A stretch of DNA of 64,000 bases from Ignavibacteriota bacterium. GTDB lineage: Bacteria; Bacteroidota; Ignavibacteria; UBA10030; UBA6906. The notes under the pieces were generated by a model that saw only the letters and a list, made by a program, of their open reading frames with translations, was not told the DNA's origin and did not search any database. Made by a program: the position numbers and the translations under genes. Within the stretch, counting starts at the first letter, position 1. Each line of letters starts with the position of its first letter. Of this stretch, positions 9,801 through 18,329 are shown one piece after another. The DNA lies in assembly GCA_963801355.1 (NCBI GenBank), contig CAWDEM010000008.1:2848001-2912000 (forward strand). Direction: 5' to 3'.

Positions 9801-10249
9801 TGCATATTCAGGACCGAGAAGGATCTGGATGCCGAAGTAAGGTTCGTCGATGTGGCGGTGGATTTCGCCGCACGGACTGACGCTGTGACACCGAGGCCGG
9901 TGTTATGTTTTGCGTAAATCCAGCCCGACCAATTCCCGACTGCGTCGATGGGAACCAGCGGACAGGAGGCAGCGTATGCGGTGGCATTGCTCCATGCAGT
10001 GCCGTTCCACATATACTCATTGTTCGTTCCCGAATAGATTTTGAGGTAGGCCTGGCTGTTGGCCCCGGCCGTCCATCCCTGAATTCGCACAAACACTGCG
10101 TACGGAGTCCCCGTCGAACCGGTCCCTCCCCCGTCTGCGATTGCCTGTGGAACAGTCACGGCTGTCAGGCTGGCCTGGGAAAAAAGATTGAACAGAGGGA
10201 GGGACAATAGTGCCAGGGTGGCGGAGATCCTGCTGCTGAACAATTGCAT
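6890..10249 (-). CDS. Secreted phospholipase D-superfamily (nuclease-like) protein with OB-fold modules, FnIII-like domain and T9SS CTD
   Basis: Two HKD motifs (MHNKFAVID..TGSWN, LHHKYAILD..TGSHN); OB module LVTVRGVVT...YIQD...GDEVVVSG...YEGRLVRI; CTD NFPNPFNP. Signal peptide from Met 10249. Confidence 0.85.
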   Translation of the reverse strand: MQLFSSRISATLALLSLPLFNLFSQASLTAVTVPQAIADGGGTGSTGTPYAVFVRIQGWTAGANSQAYLKIYSGTNNEYMWNGTAWSNATAYAASCPLVPIDAVGNWSGWIYAKHNTGLGVTASVRAAKSTATSTNLTSASRSFSVLNMQSAGGWIMRPVSPAVNKGVLAYSGGTVVGTYRTEDNAIAEGYGFSAGGFKIAVPAGIIDSLVTVNDDGSRDNVFAGPWSITAGQETDASLAAGGVGKGQVRISPATLSGGTPHALTFTVQGESPYVITNAHVKVPASWSWSHSATDITTAGGSSPLIAVSGDTIMLSGITLSGMDSLQFTLLSITPPDSTASFTFQAFTGTHPDSIFALSSQASVFVYGIPVPISLVKSNDANGVPLRNNTLVTVRGVVTVANEFGGPSYIQDNTGGMAVYGSVFSTAVTLGDEVVVSGLVQPFSGLTEIVNPALHAIVSAGNTVEPVVVTVSQIADDGAGGVETYEGRLVRINGAMVAGSGTWGSNTNYVLYDLTDSTQIRIDNNTNLVGGVIPASACDIIGVVGQFVGSAPYIGGYQIMPRSTADIISSGPVIATMPVEGNITPSSFALSWTTTRSGTSGLRYGRTSRYELGIVAPDTVLRTLHNVPVGGLAAATVYHVQAYSVSGVDTSRAGDLVVSTASPAAASGAINVYFNKSVMPSVVTTPPAAGSQNLVTLIAGRLNSARRSIDAAFYSLSGTPGPGTDIANALIAARARGVSVRVICEQDNRSTAPLSSLVSAGIPLITDAFDAANAGAGLMHNKFAVIDGRGGAPESVWVWTGSWNPTLPGTNDDYQNAMEIQDPALAGAYTLEFDEMWGSSTDTPGPSASRFGARKTNNTPHRFRIGGRDVECYFSPSDMTTSHIAGALSSATHSINFALLTFTRDDLADAVLARKNAGVTIHGVMDNRDDTGSEYDYLLGRGLDLHLKSGTGLLHHKYAILDAGWAGAYPAVITGSHNWSSAAENSNNENTLIVHDAAIANLYLQEFAARYYQFGGTGDLAVDVTSPDMSPPTTFALLPNFPNPFNPGTTLQFSIVDPQFIILKVYDLLGREVAVLVDEQKPAGYYSVRFDASGLASGLYIARLQSGTVSLVRTMLLLR
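7063..7097. repeat. Five heptamers (GAATTGT-like) containing a perfect 18-bp palindrome, within the T9SS CTD
   Basis: GAATTAT GAATTGT GGATCCA CAATTGA GAATTGT; AATTGTGGATCCACAATT at 7071-7088. Confidence 0.75.
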
Positions 10250-10577
10250 GTATTCGAAGACCCTGTTTTTATTAGGCAATTTCGGTGTTGGGGGATCCTC
10301 CCCCGGTACGGATACTGCAGTAAAAGATACCGATACCGCATCCTATGCGCAAGGCGGTTTCAGGGCTTGCGGCTTGTTTCTTTTGAGAAATCTTCTGACA
10401 TTGTGCCACCTCATTCAGACGTTTATCCACTCCGTCCAATTCTCATCTCAGCAGACTTTCTTTTCATGCGGGGGAGTACGCTGTTGGTGCGGGTCCGGGG
10501 TGAACAAAGCGAGCTCTTCAATTTCAGATCGCAACAGTAACCCATAATTCATATTCCACAATATCATGAGGTAGCGT

Positions 10578-13487
10578 ATGGTCAGGAATATTGTGACCGT
10601 TTTGTTGCTCCTTCTTGTGCATGCGTACGCACTGTCCCAGGGTGAAATCCGCGGGCGGTTGACGGATGCCGAGGGGAAGGGTCCGCTGGTGGGTGCAACA
10701 GTGACACTCACCGGGACCAAGATGGGTGCGGTGTCTGATGTGTCAGGGGACTTCGCAATTACCAACGTGCCTCTGGGTACGTACACCGTGCGTGTCGCCT
10801 ATGTTGGGTTTGTTTCCGTCCAGCGAAGGGTCACGGTGGGTTCTGAACCTGTCACGGTGAATCTCGCTCTGACGCCGACGATGATTGATCAAAGCGAAGT
10901 CATCATTGAAGTCAACCGTGCGAAGGAACGCGAGACACCGGTGGCGTTCAGCAACATCGACAAGATGGATATCGAGCAGAAGATCCACGGCCAGGACGCG
11001 CCGCTGCTGGTCAAGGGCACTCCCGGTGTGTACACCTACTCCACCGACGGTGTCGGCAATGGAGAGGCCCAGGTCTATGTGCGCGGGTTCACCCAGTCCT
11101 ATGTACAGGTGCTGGTCAATGGTATACCCACCAATGACCCCGAATCGAACTCGGTGTACTGGTCGAACTGGGGTTCCGTTTCCTCGGCTGCCGCATCGAT
11201 TCAGATACAGCGCGGTGCGGGCTCTTCGCTGTACGGCGCAGGCTCGTTTGGAGGTTCGTTTAACATTGTCACTGCCGATGCGCCCGCCCAGCCAAGATAT
11301 GATCTCAACCTCAGCATGGGCTCCCCGTTCAACTCCCTCATAGGCATCGGCATCAACACGGGTCTCATTGACAATTCGTTTGCCGCGACTCTCCGTCTGG
11401 ACCGCAAGGTCGCCGAGGGCAGCAGGGTGAGCGGACGCTATGAAGGGATCAACTACTACACGTCGCTTGCATGGTATATCAATCCGCAGCAGAGTTTGAA
11501 GTTCGTCCTTCATGGTGCACCACAGGAGCACGGCTATTCCTGGAGCAACGATGTCAGTTACTTCAAGATGTACGGCTACGGCGCCAACCCGGCTCCACTG
11601 CTCCCCCGCTATGTCGTCAATGCCCTGCCGGCAAATGCCAACAACGATCTGCCCAACTACGCGCTGCTGGATGACAGCCGTGAGCTGGCGGATCCGAATT
11701 ATGTGAACCTGGCCCATAATTTCTACCATAAGTCGCAGGCGGAGCTTCACTACCGCTTCGACGTGAGTCCGAATTCCTCCATCCAGGCGACAGCTTTCTA
11801 TTCAAAAGGGCGTGGGGGCGGGTCTAGCATGAACAGCCTCGGCACGGTGTTCTCCCGCGGATCCGACGGCACGATCACTTCGCTGGTCGGTCCGGACGGG
11901 ACGGTCAATTCTCCTCTAGTCGCGAAGAACACGTATCTGGCGAATGCCTACCAACGCATCAGCTATTCGTTCCACCAGCAGGGCGGAATCCTGGCCAGTT
12001 TTACCACGCGCCCGGTGGATTTCCTGGGTGTCACCGCCGGGGGCGAGTTCCGCTCATGGACGGCCGATCACCCGGGCCACTTCACCAACCTGTACGGTAA
12101 GAAGTCAGTGAACTTCAGTTATGCACGTTATGACACCGCAGGGAGGGTAATGAGCTCGACGTTCTCCCGCAAAGTGTACCAGGGTGACCTGGACGGCCCG
12201 AAGAGTGACATCGGCAACATTTTCGGCTGGACCATGGCCGGCGCAAACGATGCAGCGTATGCAACGCAGTACAGGAACTACCGGGGCCAGACCCCGCAGT
12301 ATACCATCTTCCTGCAGGGAAACTGGCTGTTCGACCGCTTGAACCTGGTCACCTCGATCCAGTACGTGTGGTACAAGTACAAGCTGACCGAATATATGCC
12401 AAGCGAGAATGCCATCGGCCGGATGCTCACACGCGCGCAAGAGACATCGCGCGGGGGACTCACAGAAGGTCCGACCGGGAGTGGCACGTTCCTCATGAAG
12501 GACAATGCCGCTTCTTCACCGCGCTGGTACGAGTTTGACCTTGTCAACGAGAATCGTTCGCGCGGCTTCTGGCAGCCGAAGTTCGGCGCTAACTACAATG
12601 TGACCGACAATCTGAACGTGTTCGGCAATTGGGCTCATGTCGAACGATTTGTGGACCTCGGGGTCTACTACAACCAGGGACGCGTCGATCCCGGCGTCGA
12701 AGACGAGAAGTCCAATCAATACGAAGCCGGCATCGGCTGGACATCTCCTGCCCTGCGGACAAAGCTGAATGGCTATTACATGACCTGGGAGAACAAATCC
12801 GCCCGGATCACGGATCTCTCCAAGGCCGGTGAGCCGGGGTATGACCGGAACGGCAACCGCTCCGAGCTCGTCGGGAAATCGGTGCACCAGGGCATTGAAG
12901 CTGAAGTAACCGTCATGCTCGACGACCTGGTGGGGATGAAGGGTTGGGAGCTGACCGGCATGTTCACGCTGATGGACAACCGTTGGAAGACAGTGCTGGA
13001 CAAGGTCATGCGCGATCCGAACACGGGCGCACGCCGCGCATTCAATGCCTCGGCACTGAACGCGCAAGGGAAGCGCGACACGCTCTTCTTCGACGAGCTG
13101 GTAAACACCCCGGTCGCGAGCGGCCCCCAGACGATGTTCTCCGTCGGCTTCAACTATCGCGGAGAATCCTTCTTTTGCGGAATGGGCGTGAACTATTTCT
13201 CCCGCATCGTTGCCCTTGACGGCGGAAGCTTTATGGCCGTCGACGGCGGCTGGGTGATCGTCAACGCCAAACGGAAGTTCGACGCGAAGTTCGACACGAA
13301 GCTGCCTGCTTATACCATGGTTGACTTCAACGCCGGTATGAACTTCTCTCTGTTCGGTCTGACCAATACCGCATCCGTCCAGGTACTGAATGTACTCGAC
13401 AACGAGTTCTTCGCAAATGCGGACCGGTCCGGCGTGATCCCCGGAATCGGCCGCGCATTCAGGTTTAACCTGAGCACGGGTCTCTGA
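10578..13487 (+). CDS. TonB-dependent receptor with N-terminal carboxypeptidase-regulatory-like domain
   Basis: Signal peptide, PLVGATV, plug VYVRGF...VLVNGIP...IQIQRGAGSSLYG, C-terminal GRAFRFNLSTGL; GAGG RBS. Confidence 0.93.
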   Translation: MVRNIVTVLLLLLVHAYALSQGEIRGRLTDAEGKGPLVGATVTLTGTKMGAVSDVSGDFAITNVPLGTYTVRVAYVGFVSVQRRVTVGSEPVTVNLALTPTMIDQSEVIIEVNRAKERETPVAFSNIDKMDIEQKIHGQDAPLLVKGTPGVYTYSTDGVGNGEAQVYVRGFTQSYVQVLVNGIPTNDPESNSVYWSNWGSVSSAAASIQIQRGAGSSLYGAGSFGGSFNIVTADAPAQPRYDLNLSMGSPFNSLIGIGINTGLIDNSFAATLRLDRKVAEGSRVSGRYEGINYYTSLAWYINPQQSLKFVLHGAPQEHGYSWSNDVSYFKMYGYGANPAPLLPRYVVNALPANANNDLPNYALLDDSRELADPNYVNLAHNFYHKSQAELHYRFDVSPNSSIQATAFYSKGRGGGSSMNSLGTVFSRGSDGTITSLVGPDGTVNSPLVAKNTYLANAYQRISYSFHQQGGILASFTTRPVDFLGVTAGGEFRSWTADHPGHFTNLYGKKSVNFSYARYDTAGRVMSSTFSRKVYQGDLDGPKSDIGNIFGWTMAGANDAAYATQYRNYRGQTPQYTIFLQGNWLFDRLNLVTSIQYVWYKYKLTEYMPSENAIGRMLTRAQETSRGGLTEGPTGSGTFLMKDNAASSPRWYEFDLVNENRSRGFWQPKFGANYNVTDNLNVFGNWAHVERFVDLGVYYNQGRVDPGVEDEKSNQYEAGIGWTSPALRTKLNGYYMTWENKSARITDLSKAGEPGYDRNGNRSELVGKSVHQGIEAEVTVMLDDLVGMKGWELTGMFTLMDNRWKTVLDKVMRDPNTGARRAFNASALNAQGKRDTLFFDELVNTPVASGPQTMFSVGFNYRGESFFCGMGVNYFSRIVALDGGSFMAVDGGWVIVNAKRKFDAKFDTKLPAYTMVDFNAGMNFSLFGLTNTASVQVLNVLDNEFFANADRSGVIPGIGRAFRFNLSTGL

Positions 13488-13491
13488 CGGC

Positions 13492-13541
13492 AGGCAATGG
13501 CCGTTAGGCACTTAGGCAAGAGGCGACAGGAAGCAGGCAAT
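13492..13541. repeat. Degenerate AGGCAAT-type heptamer array after the TBDR stop
   Basis: AGGCAAT GGCCGTT AGGCACT (T) AGGCAAG AGGCGAC AGGAAGC AGGCAAT. Confidence 0.65.
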
Positions 13542-13571
13542 ACGTAGCGGTAAGCTGCACTGCGTTGTACG

Positions 13572-13609
13572 AGCGGCGGAGCCCCCTTGTGGGATCCGCC
13601 GCTTTTTTT
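13572..13609 (+). terminator. Rho-independent terminator of the TBDR gene
   Basis: Stem AGCGGCGGA/TCCGCCGCT followed by a T run. Confidence 0.9.
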
Positions 13610-13706
13610 GTTCAATTGCTTTTTCGCTCCGTTTTGGCGAGATTTAATGAGTTGACTGTCCGTTCACACCAGAGAGCTTCACGTTCACTTTCTCAGAGAG
13701 GTTCCC

Positions 13707-14783
13707 ATGCACAAGAAACTGTTCATCCCGGGTCCTACAGAAGTCGCCCCTGATGTCCTGGAAAAAATGGCCACACCGATGATCGGCCATAGAAGCAAGG
13801 ACGCTTCAGCCTTGCAGCATGACATCAGCGACAAGATGCGCAAAGTGTTTCACACCGCCAATCCGATTCTCCTTTCCACGAGTTCCGGCTCGGGACTGAT
13901 GGAGGGCTCGATCCGTTCGCTGACCGCCAAGCGCGCCGCGGTGTTCTCCGTCGGTGCATTCGGCAATCGCTGGTTCAAGATGGCCGAGGCCAACAATGTC
14001 GGCGCAGACAAGTTCGAGTCGGAGTGGGGCAAGCCGACCACGCCGGAGATGGTTGACAAAGCACTCGCAACAGGCAAGTACGACGTGTTCACGGTGACGC
14101 ACAACGAGACCAGCACCGGCATCATGAACCCGGTGGAAGAAATCGCCGAAGTCCGCAGGAAGTATCCCGACGTGCTCTGGCTCGTCGATGCTGTCAGCTC
14201 CATGGCGGGCGCCAAGATCGAAGTGGACAAACTGGGTATCGATGTCTGCATCACCTCCACCCAGAAGGCCCTGGCCCTGCCTCCGGGCATGGCGATCTGC
14301 TCTGTCACTCCGCGCGCACTCGAGCACGGCAAGCAGGTGAAACATCGCGGCTGGTATCTGGACATCCTCGAGATCTACAAATACATCGAGACGAAAGATT
14401 ATCAGTATTCCGCGACTCCTTCGCTCTCCCATATGTTCGCCATGAACTATCAGCTCGACCGGATTCTGGCCGAGGGCCTGGAAAACCGCTATGCACGCCA
14501 CAAGGCAATGGCAGAGTATACACGCGCATGGGCGAAAACGAATTTCGCGCTCTTTCCCGAGGAGAAACACGCGTCTGTCACCCTCACCACCATCACCAAT
14601 ACGCGCAACATTTCGGTCAAGGGACTGAATGACGCGCTGGGCAAGGAAGGCTTGCAGATTTCCAACGGTTACGGCGACCTGAAGGAGAAGACCTTCCGCA
14701 TCGCCCATATGGGTGAATTGACGATGGACGATGTGAAGCAGGTCATTGCAGCTATCGACCGGATTCTCCCCACGTTGAAGTAG
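13707..14783 (+). CDS. Class V PLP aminotransferase (serine-pyruvate/alanine-glyoxylate type; possibly phosphoserine aminotransferase)
   Basis: LFIPGPT, THNETSTG, VDAVSS, STQKALALPPG (PLP lysine), FRIAHMG. Confidence 0.9.
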   Translation: MHKKLFIPGPTEVAPDVLEKMATPMIGHRSKDASALQHDISDKMRKVFHTANPILLSTSSGSGLMEGSIRSLTAKRAAVFSVGAFGNRWFKMAEANNVGADKFESEWGKPTTPEMVDKALATGKYDVFTVTHNETSTGIMNPVEEIAEVRRKYPDVLWLVDAVSSMAGAKIEVDKLGIDVCITSTQKALALPPGMAICSVTPRALEHGKQVKHRGWYLDILEIYKYIETKDYQYSATPSLSHMFAMNYQLDRILAEGLENRYARHKAMAEYTRAWAKTNFALFPEEKHASVTLTTITNTRNISVKGLNDALGKEGLQISNGYGDLKEKTFRIAHMGELTMDDVKQVIAAIDRILPTLK

Positions 14784-14871
14784 CTCCCGGAACTTCCGTT
14801 TCACGCATTCAAGATCTCCCCATCGCCGGTGGCAGCAGCGCGATGGGGAGACCTGCTAAAGGAAAAGTGCT

Positions 14872-16113
14872 ATGGCGACAATTCGTCCGTTCAAAGGGTA
14901 TCGCCCGCTCCCGGAATACGCAGCGCGCGTCGCGGCCAAACCGTACGACGTCCTGAACTCCGCCGAGGCGCGGGCGGAGGCGGCGGGAAACCCCCTGTCG
15001 TTCCTCCATGTGGGCAAACCCGAAATTGACCTGCCACCGGATATACATCTGTATGACGACAGGGTCTACCGCAAAGGGAAAGAGAATCTTGAGCGGCTCA
15101 TTCGCGACGGGATACTGCGCGAGGATCCGTCCCCGTGCCTGTATGTCTATGCCCAGACGATGGGCACCCATACACAGTACGGTGTTGTGGGATGTGCTTC
15201 CGTGGCAGAGTATCTCAACGATACCATCCGGAAACACGAACTCACCCGGAAGGACAAGGAGGATGACCGGACACGACACGTGCAGGTCACCAACGCTCAT
15301 TCCGGTCCTATCTTTCTCACCTATCGTGCGCAACCGGCTCTCGACGCAATTGTCGGCCGTGTGTGTGCCGGAGTGCCCGCGTTTGATTTTGTTGCCGGCG
15401 ACGGCATTCGCCACCAGCTCTGGGTCATTCGCGACTCCGCGACAATCGATGCCATCACCGCCGCCTTCCATGCCATTGCCTATCTGTACGTCGCCGACGG
15501 TCATCACCGTTCCGCGGCGGCGGCACGAGTGGGACGCGACCTGGCGGACGCCAACCCCCACCACCGCGGCGATGAGGAGTACAACTTCTTCCTCGCAGTG
15601 TTCTTCCCGCACAACCAGCTGCGGATCATGGACTACAATCGTGTGGTGAAGGATCTGAACGGGAAAAGCGAGTCCGAATTCCTGGTGGAAATTCAAGAAC
15701 ATTTCACTGTGACCGGGGCACCGGGAAGGCACAAGCCGGCACAGAAGGGTGAATACGGCATGTACCTCAACGGCACCTGGCACATCCTGCGAGCAATGCC
15801 GGCCTTGCTGAACGTCGCCGATCCTGTCGAGCGGTTGGATGTCTCGATACTGCAGAAGTACCTGTTGTCGCCGGTGCTCGGCATTGACGATCCGCGGACA
15901 AGCAAGCGCATTGACTTTGTGGGCGGCATACGCGGATTGGAGGAGTTGGAGAAACGGGTGAATGCAGGGGAGATGACGGTCGCGTTTGCACTGTATCCCA
16001 CTTCCATCGACGAACTGCTCGCCATTGCCGATGCGGGGAAAACCATGCCGCCAAAATCAACGTGGTTCGAACCGAAGCTGCGCGACGGGGTGGTTGTCCA
16101 TATGGTCAGCTGA
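14872..16113 (+). CDS. DUF1015 family protein
   Basis: MATIRPFKG, PYDV, IRKHELT, LYVADGHHR, MPPKSTWFEPKL. Confidence 0.92.
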   Translation: MATIRPFKGYRPLPEYAARVAAKPYDVLNSAEARAEAAGNPLSFLHVGKPEIDLPPDIHLYDDRVYRKGKENLERLIRDGILREDPSPCLYVYAQTMGTHTQYGVVGCASVAEYLNDTIRKHELTRKDKEDDRTRHVQVTNAHSGPIFLTYRAQPALDAIVGRVCAGVPAFDFVAGDGIRHQLWVIRDSATIDAITAAFHAIAYLYVADGHHRSAAAARVGRDLADANPHHRGDEEYNFFLAVFFPHNQLRIMDYNRVVKDLNGKSESEFLVEIQEHFTVTGAPGRHKPAQKGEYGMYLNGTWHILRAMPALLNVADPVERLDVSILQKYLLSPVLGIDDPRTSKRIDFVGGIRGLEELEKRVNAGEMTVAFALYPTSIDELLAIADAGKTMPPKSTWFEPKLRDGVVVHMVS

Positions 16114-16621
16114 CGATCACTTCTTCCGGATAGGCTTCGGGGTTCCTTTTGCAGTAAGTGCGCGGTATGCAAGGTAGGCTGCACCGCCGATCTGCACGGT
16201 CCCGAGGACCGTTCGATAAATCCTGAACTGACTGTCTTTCGCCCATTGTGCACGAAGTGTTGCCGTCAGATCAGCCTTGGGTTCGAGCAATCCTCCGAGC
16301 AGCGGAGGAGGGATGGCTGTCTTTTGCCAGACCGCGAAGAATGACGTGTCTGCAGAAATGTCCTCGAATTGCAGGATCCGCGGCAGGAGAAGCGTCGCCC
16401 TGCCGGTGGAGAGACCCGGATCCGTGATGATTATCCCCCGGTGGAGTGCGGTGTCCGCAGGGGGGCTTACGGCTTGCTGTTGACTGCGTGCGATGAACCG
16501 AAAAAAGAATCGTCATCAGCACTAGTGCGGCTACTTTCTTCATGCGGTCGATCCTATATGACGCATCATCCACACAGTCAATGTACTCCCGAGTAGTCAC
16601 AGCCATTCCGGCGTTGTTCCG

Positions 16622-17272
16622 TTACAACTCTTTGATAAGTTTCACAACCTTCCAGATAAAATTCACGTCCCGTTTCTTCACGGTCACGGGATCGTATTCC
16701 GGATTCAGCGGAATCAGGTGGATATAGTTTCCTTCGAACTTCACTTTCTTCAACGTATCTTCGCCGTTCACGCGGGCGACGCAGACATCCCCGCTGCGGG
16801 CTTCCTGTTGCGGGCTGACAATCACGACATCGCCGTCTTCGATGCGCGGTGACATGCTGTTCCCCTTCACCTTCAGGGCGAATGCCTGCGCATCCTTCAC
16901 GTCATCCACCGTGACGTAGTCATCCGCAAAATCAGGGTGGAACAGCGTGGCAACCTTACCGGCGGGGACCGCGGCAATCAGCGGCAGGTCCACCGTTTTC
17001 ACACGCCGCCGGTTGCTCCCGGGAAGTGTATATACGTTTTCCGGCCGTGAGGGTGAAGGATACATTTCACCTTCACCCGTGAGGAGCCAGCTTGCCTGCA
17101 CTCCCGTGGCGCGCGCGAGGCGCGTGATGGCAATGCCGTCGGGCACCTGTTCCCCCTTCTCCCAGCGCTGCAACGTGCGCGTCACGATGCCGGCCTTGCC
17201 CGCCAGACTCGCCTGATCCAGCTCCTTGTTTTCCCGCGCGGAACGCAGACGTTCGCCAATGGTCGTTTTCAT
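16622..17272 (-). CDS. XRE-HTH + S24 peptidase repressor (LexA/phage cI-like), 216 aa
   Basis: IGERLRSARE...LQRWEKG HTH; VPAG Ala-Gly cleavage site; KGNSM serine and TLKK lysine intact. Start taken at MKTTIG, not the ORF-track extension. Confidence 0.9.
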   Translation of the reverse strand: MKTTIGERLRSARENKELDQASLAGKAGIVTRTLQRWEKGEQVPDGIAITRLARATGVQASWLLTGEGEMYPSPSRPENVYTLPGSNRRRVKTVDLPLIAAVPAGKVATLFHPDFADDYVTVDDVKDAQAFALKVKGNSMSPRIEDGDVVIVSPQQEARSGDVCVARVNGEDTLKKVKFEGNYIHLIPLNPEYDPVTVKKRDVNFIWKVVKLIKEL

Positions 17273-17284
17273 AAATACCCCGGA

Positions 17285-17335
17285 GACATTTTTGTCAAGA
17301 CCGCACTTGACAAGACGACATTTATGTCGTATCTT
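17285..17335 (+). promoter_or_regulatory. Promoter TTGACA-N17-TATCTT with two GACA-N4-TGTC operator palindromes
   Basis: -35 at 17307-17312, -10 at 17330-17335; ACGACATTTATGTCGT at 17315-17330 in the spacer; GACATTTTTGTC at 17285-17296. Confidence 0.85.
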
Positions 17336-17397
17336 GAACGGGAGAAAGATACGGAAATCCGATGACGCTGTCAAGGGCAAAAATGGGAGGCACGACG

Positions 17398-18309
17398 ATG
17401 CAGGAAACAACACGGTACTATGTCGGAATCGGGGGCTGGGAACATGATCTGCTCAATGGTTGTCTTTATCCGGACGCGGGGGCGACATCATCGCAGAAAC
17501 TCTCCTATTATGCCCGGTGGTTCAACACTGTGGAAGTGCGGCCGACATTCTGGGACGACACGCTCGATGCCGGTGATGCCCGCGAATGGGTGCTTGCCGT
17601 GCGGGAGCAGAAAGACTTCCTCTTCTCTGTGAAGCTCCACTCCGCGCTCACACACAAACACGCGCTCGCCGTACCGAAGACCGGGAACATGGAATCCCTC
17701 CTGGAAATGCTCAACAGTCACGGGCGTCTTGGAGCGGTTCTGGCCCAATTTCCGTACAGTTTCACGAATACAGGCGCCAACCGCCAGTATCTGGAAATGA
17801 TCGCCATCCGGTTCGCCGCGTTTCCACTGCACGTGGAGCTCCGCCATGCATCATGGGACTATCCGGGACTTCACGCCCTGCTGTCCGAATTGAAGGTCGG
17901 ATCTGTCAATGTGGATTTACCGCGCATCCGCCAGCTCATTCCCTACATTCCCCGGATGAGCGGTGACCGGGCTTATCTCCGGCTCCACGGGCGAAACGAA
18001 AAAGGATGGCTGCTCAACACCTTCGACGGACGGTATGACTATCTTTACAACAACCGTGAGATGCAGGAGATCCGTCGTCGTGTCTTCGCCCTCCCTCCGG
18101 ACTGCTCCCGTGCATTCGTGGTGTGGAACAATACGACCGCAGGAAAAGCCGTCGCAAATGCCCTTCAATGCATGGCGATGCTCCGGAGCAACGGCACAAT
18201 CCCGGCACCTCCCCTCGCACTGCAGGCATTCCCCTGGCTTAAGGAGTTCACGCGCACGGCATCGGGCGATGCACCGTTGTTCGGGGATAAATACCGGGAG
18301 GCGATGTGA
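17398..18309 (+). CDS. DUF72 (YecE-like) TIM-barrel protein
   Basis: YVGIGGW, YARWFNTVEV, FLFSVKL, AQFPYSF, VELRHASW, YLRLHGRN, YDYLY; GGAGG RBS before ATG 17398. Confidence 0.9.
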   Translation: MQETTRYYVGIGGWEHDLLNGCLYPDAGATSSQKLSYYARWFNTVEVRPTFWDDTLDAGDAREWVLAVREQKDFLFSVKLHSALTHKHALAVPKTGNMESLLEMLNSHGRLGAVLAQFPYSFTNTGANRQYLEMIAIRFAAFPLHVELRHASWDYPGLHALLSELKVGSVNVDLPRIRQLIPYIPRMSGDRAYLRLHGRNEKGWLLNTFDGRYDYLYNNREMQEIRRRVFALPPDCSRAFVVWNNTTAGKAVANALQCMAMLRSNGTIPAPPLALQAFPWLKEFTRTASGDAPLFGDKYREAM

Positions 18310-18329
18310 AGATGAATCCCTCGCGCTGA

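Noticed and set aside
10465-10545. Possible cobalamin riboswitch before the TBDR (GGTGCGGGTCCG ... GCAACAGTAA)
   Set aside because: Only fragments resemble the consensus; the GGGAA and CCCCGC core pairing cannot be built. An Rfam scan would settle it.
16271-16606. 111-aa - strand ORF in the convergent gap
   Set aside because: No motif or RBS support; composition not protein-like
17270-17298. Minus-strand TTGACA as the repressor's promoter
   Set aside because: A 17-nt spacer puts the -10 on the start codon; the hexamer is better explained as part of the operator palindromes
17273-17413. Longer start for the S24 repressor, and ATG 17362 for DUF72
   Set aside because: The repressor extension would cover the promoter/operators and the HTH begins at MKTTIG; the GGAGG RBS supports 17398 for DUF72
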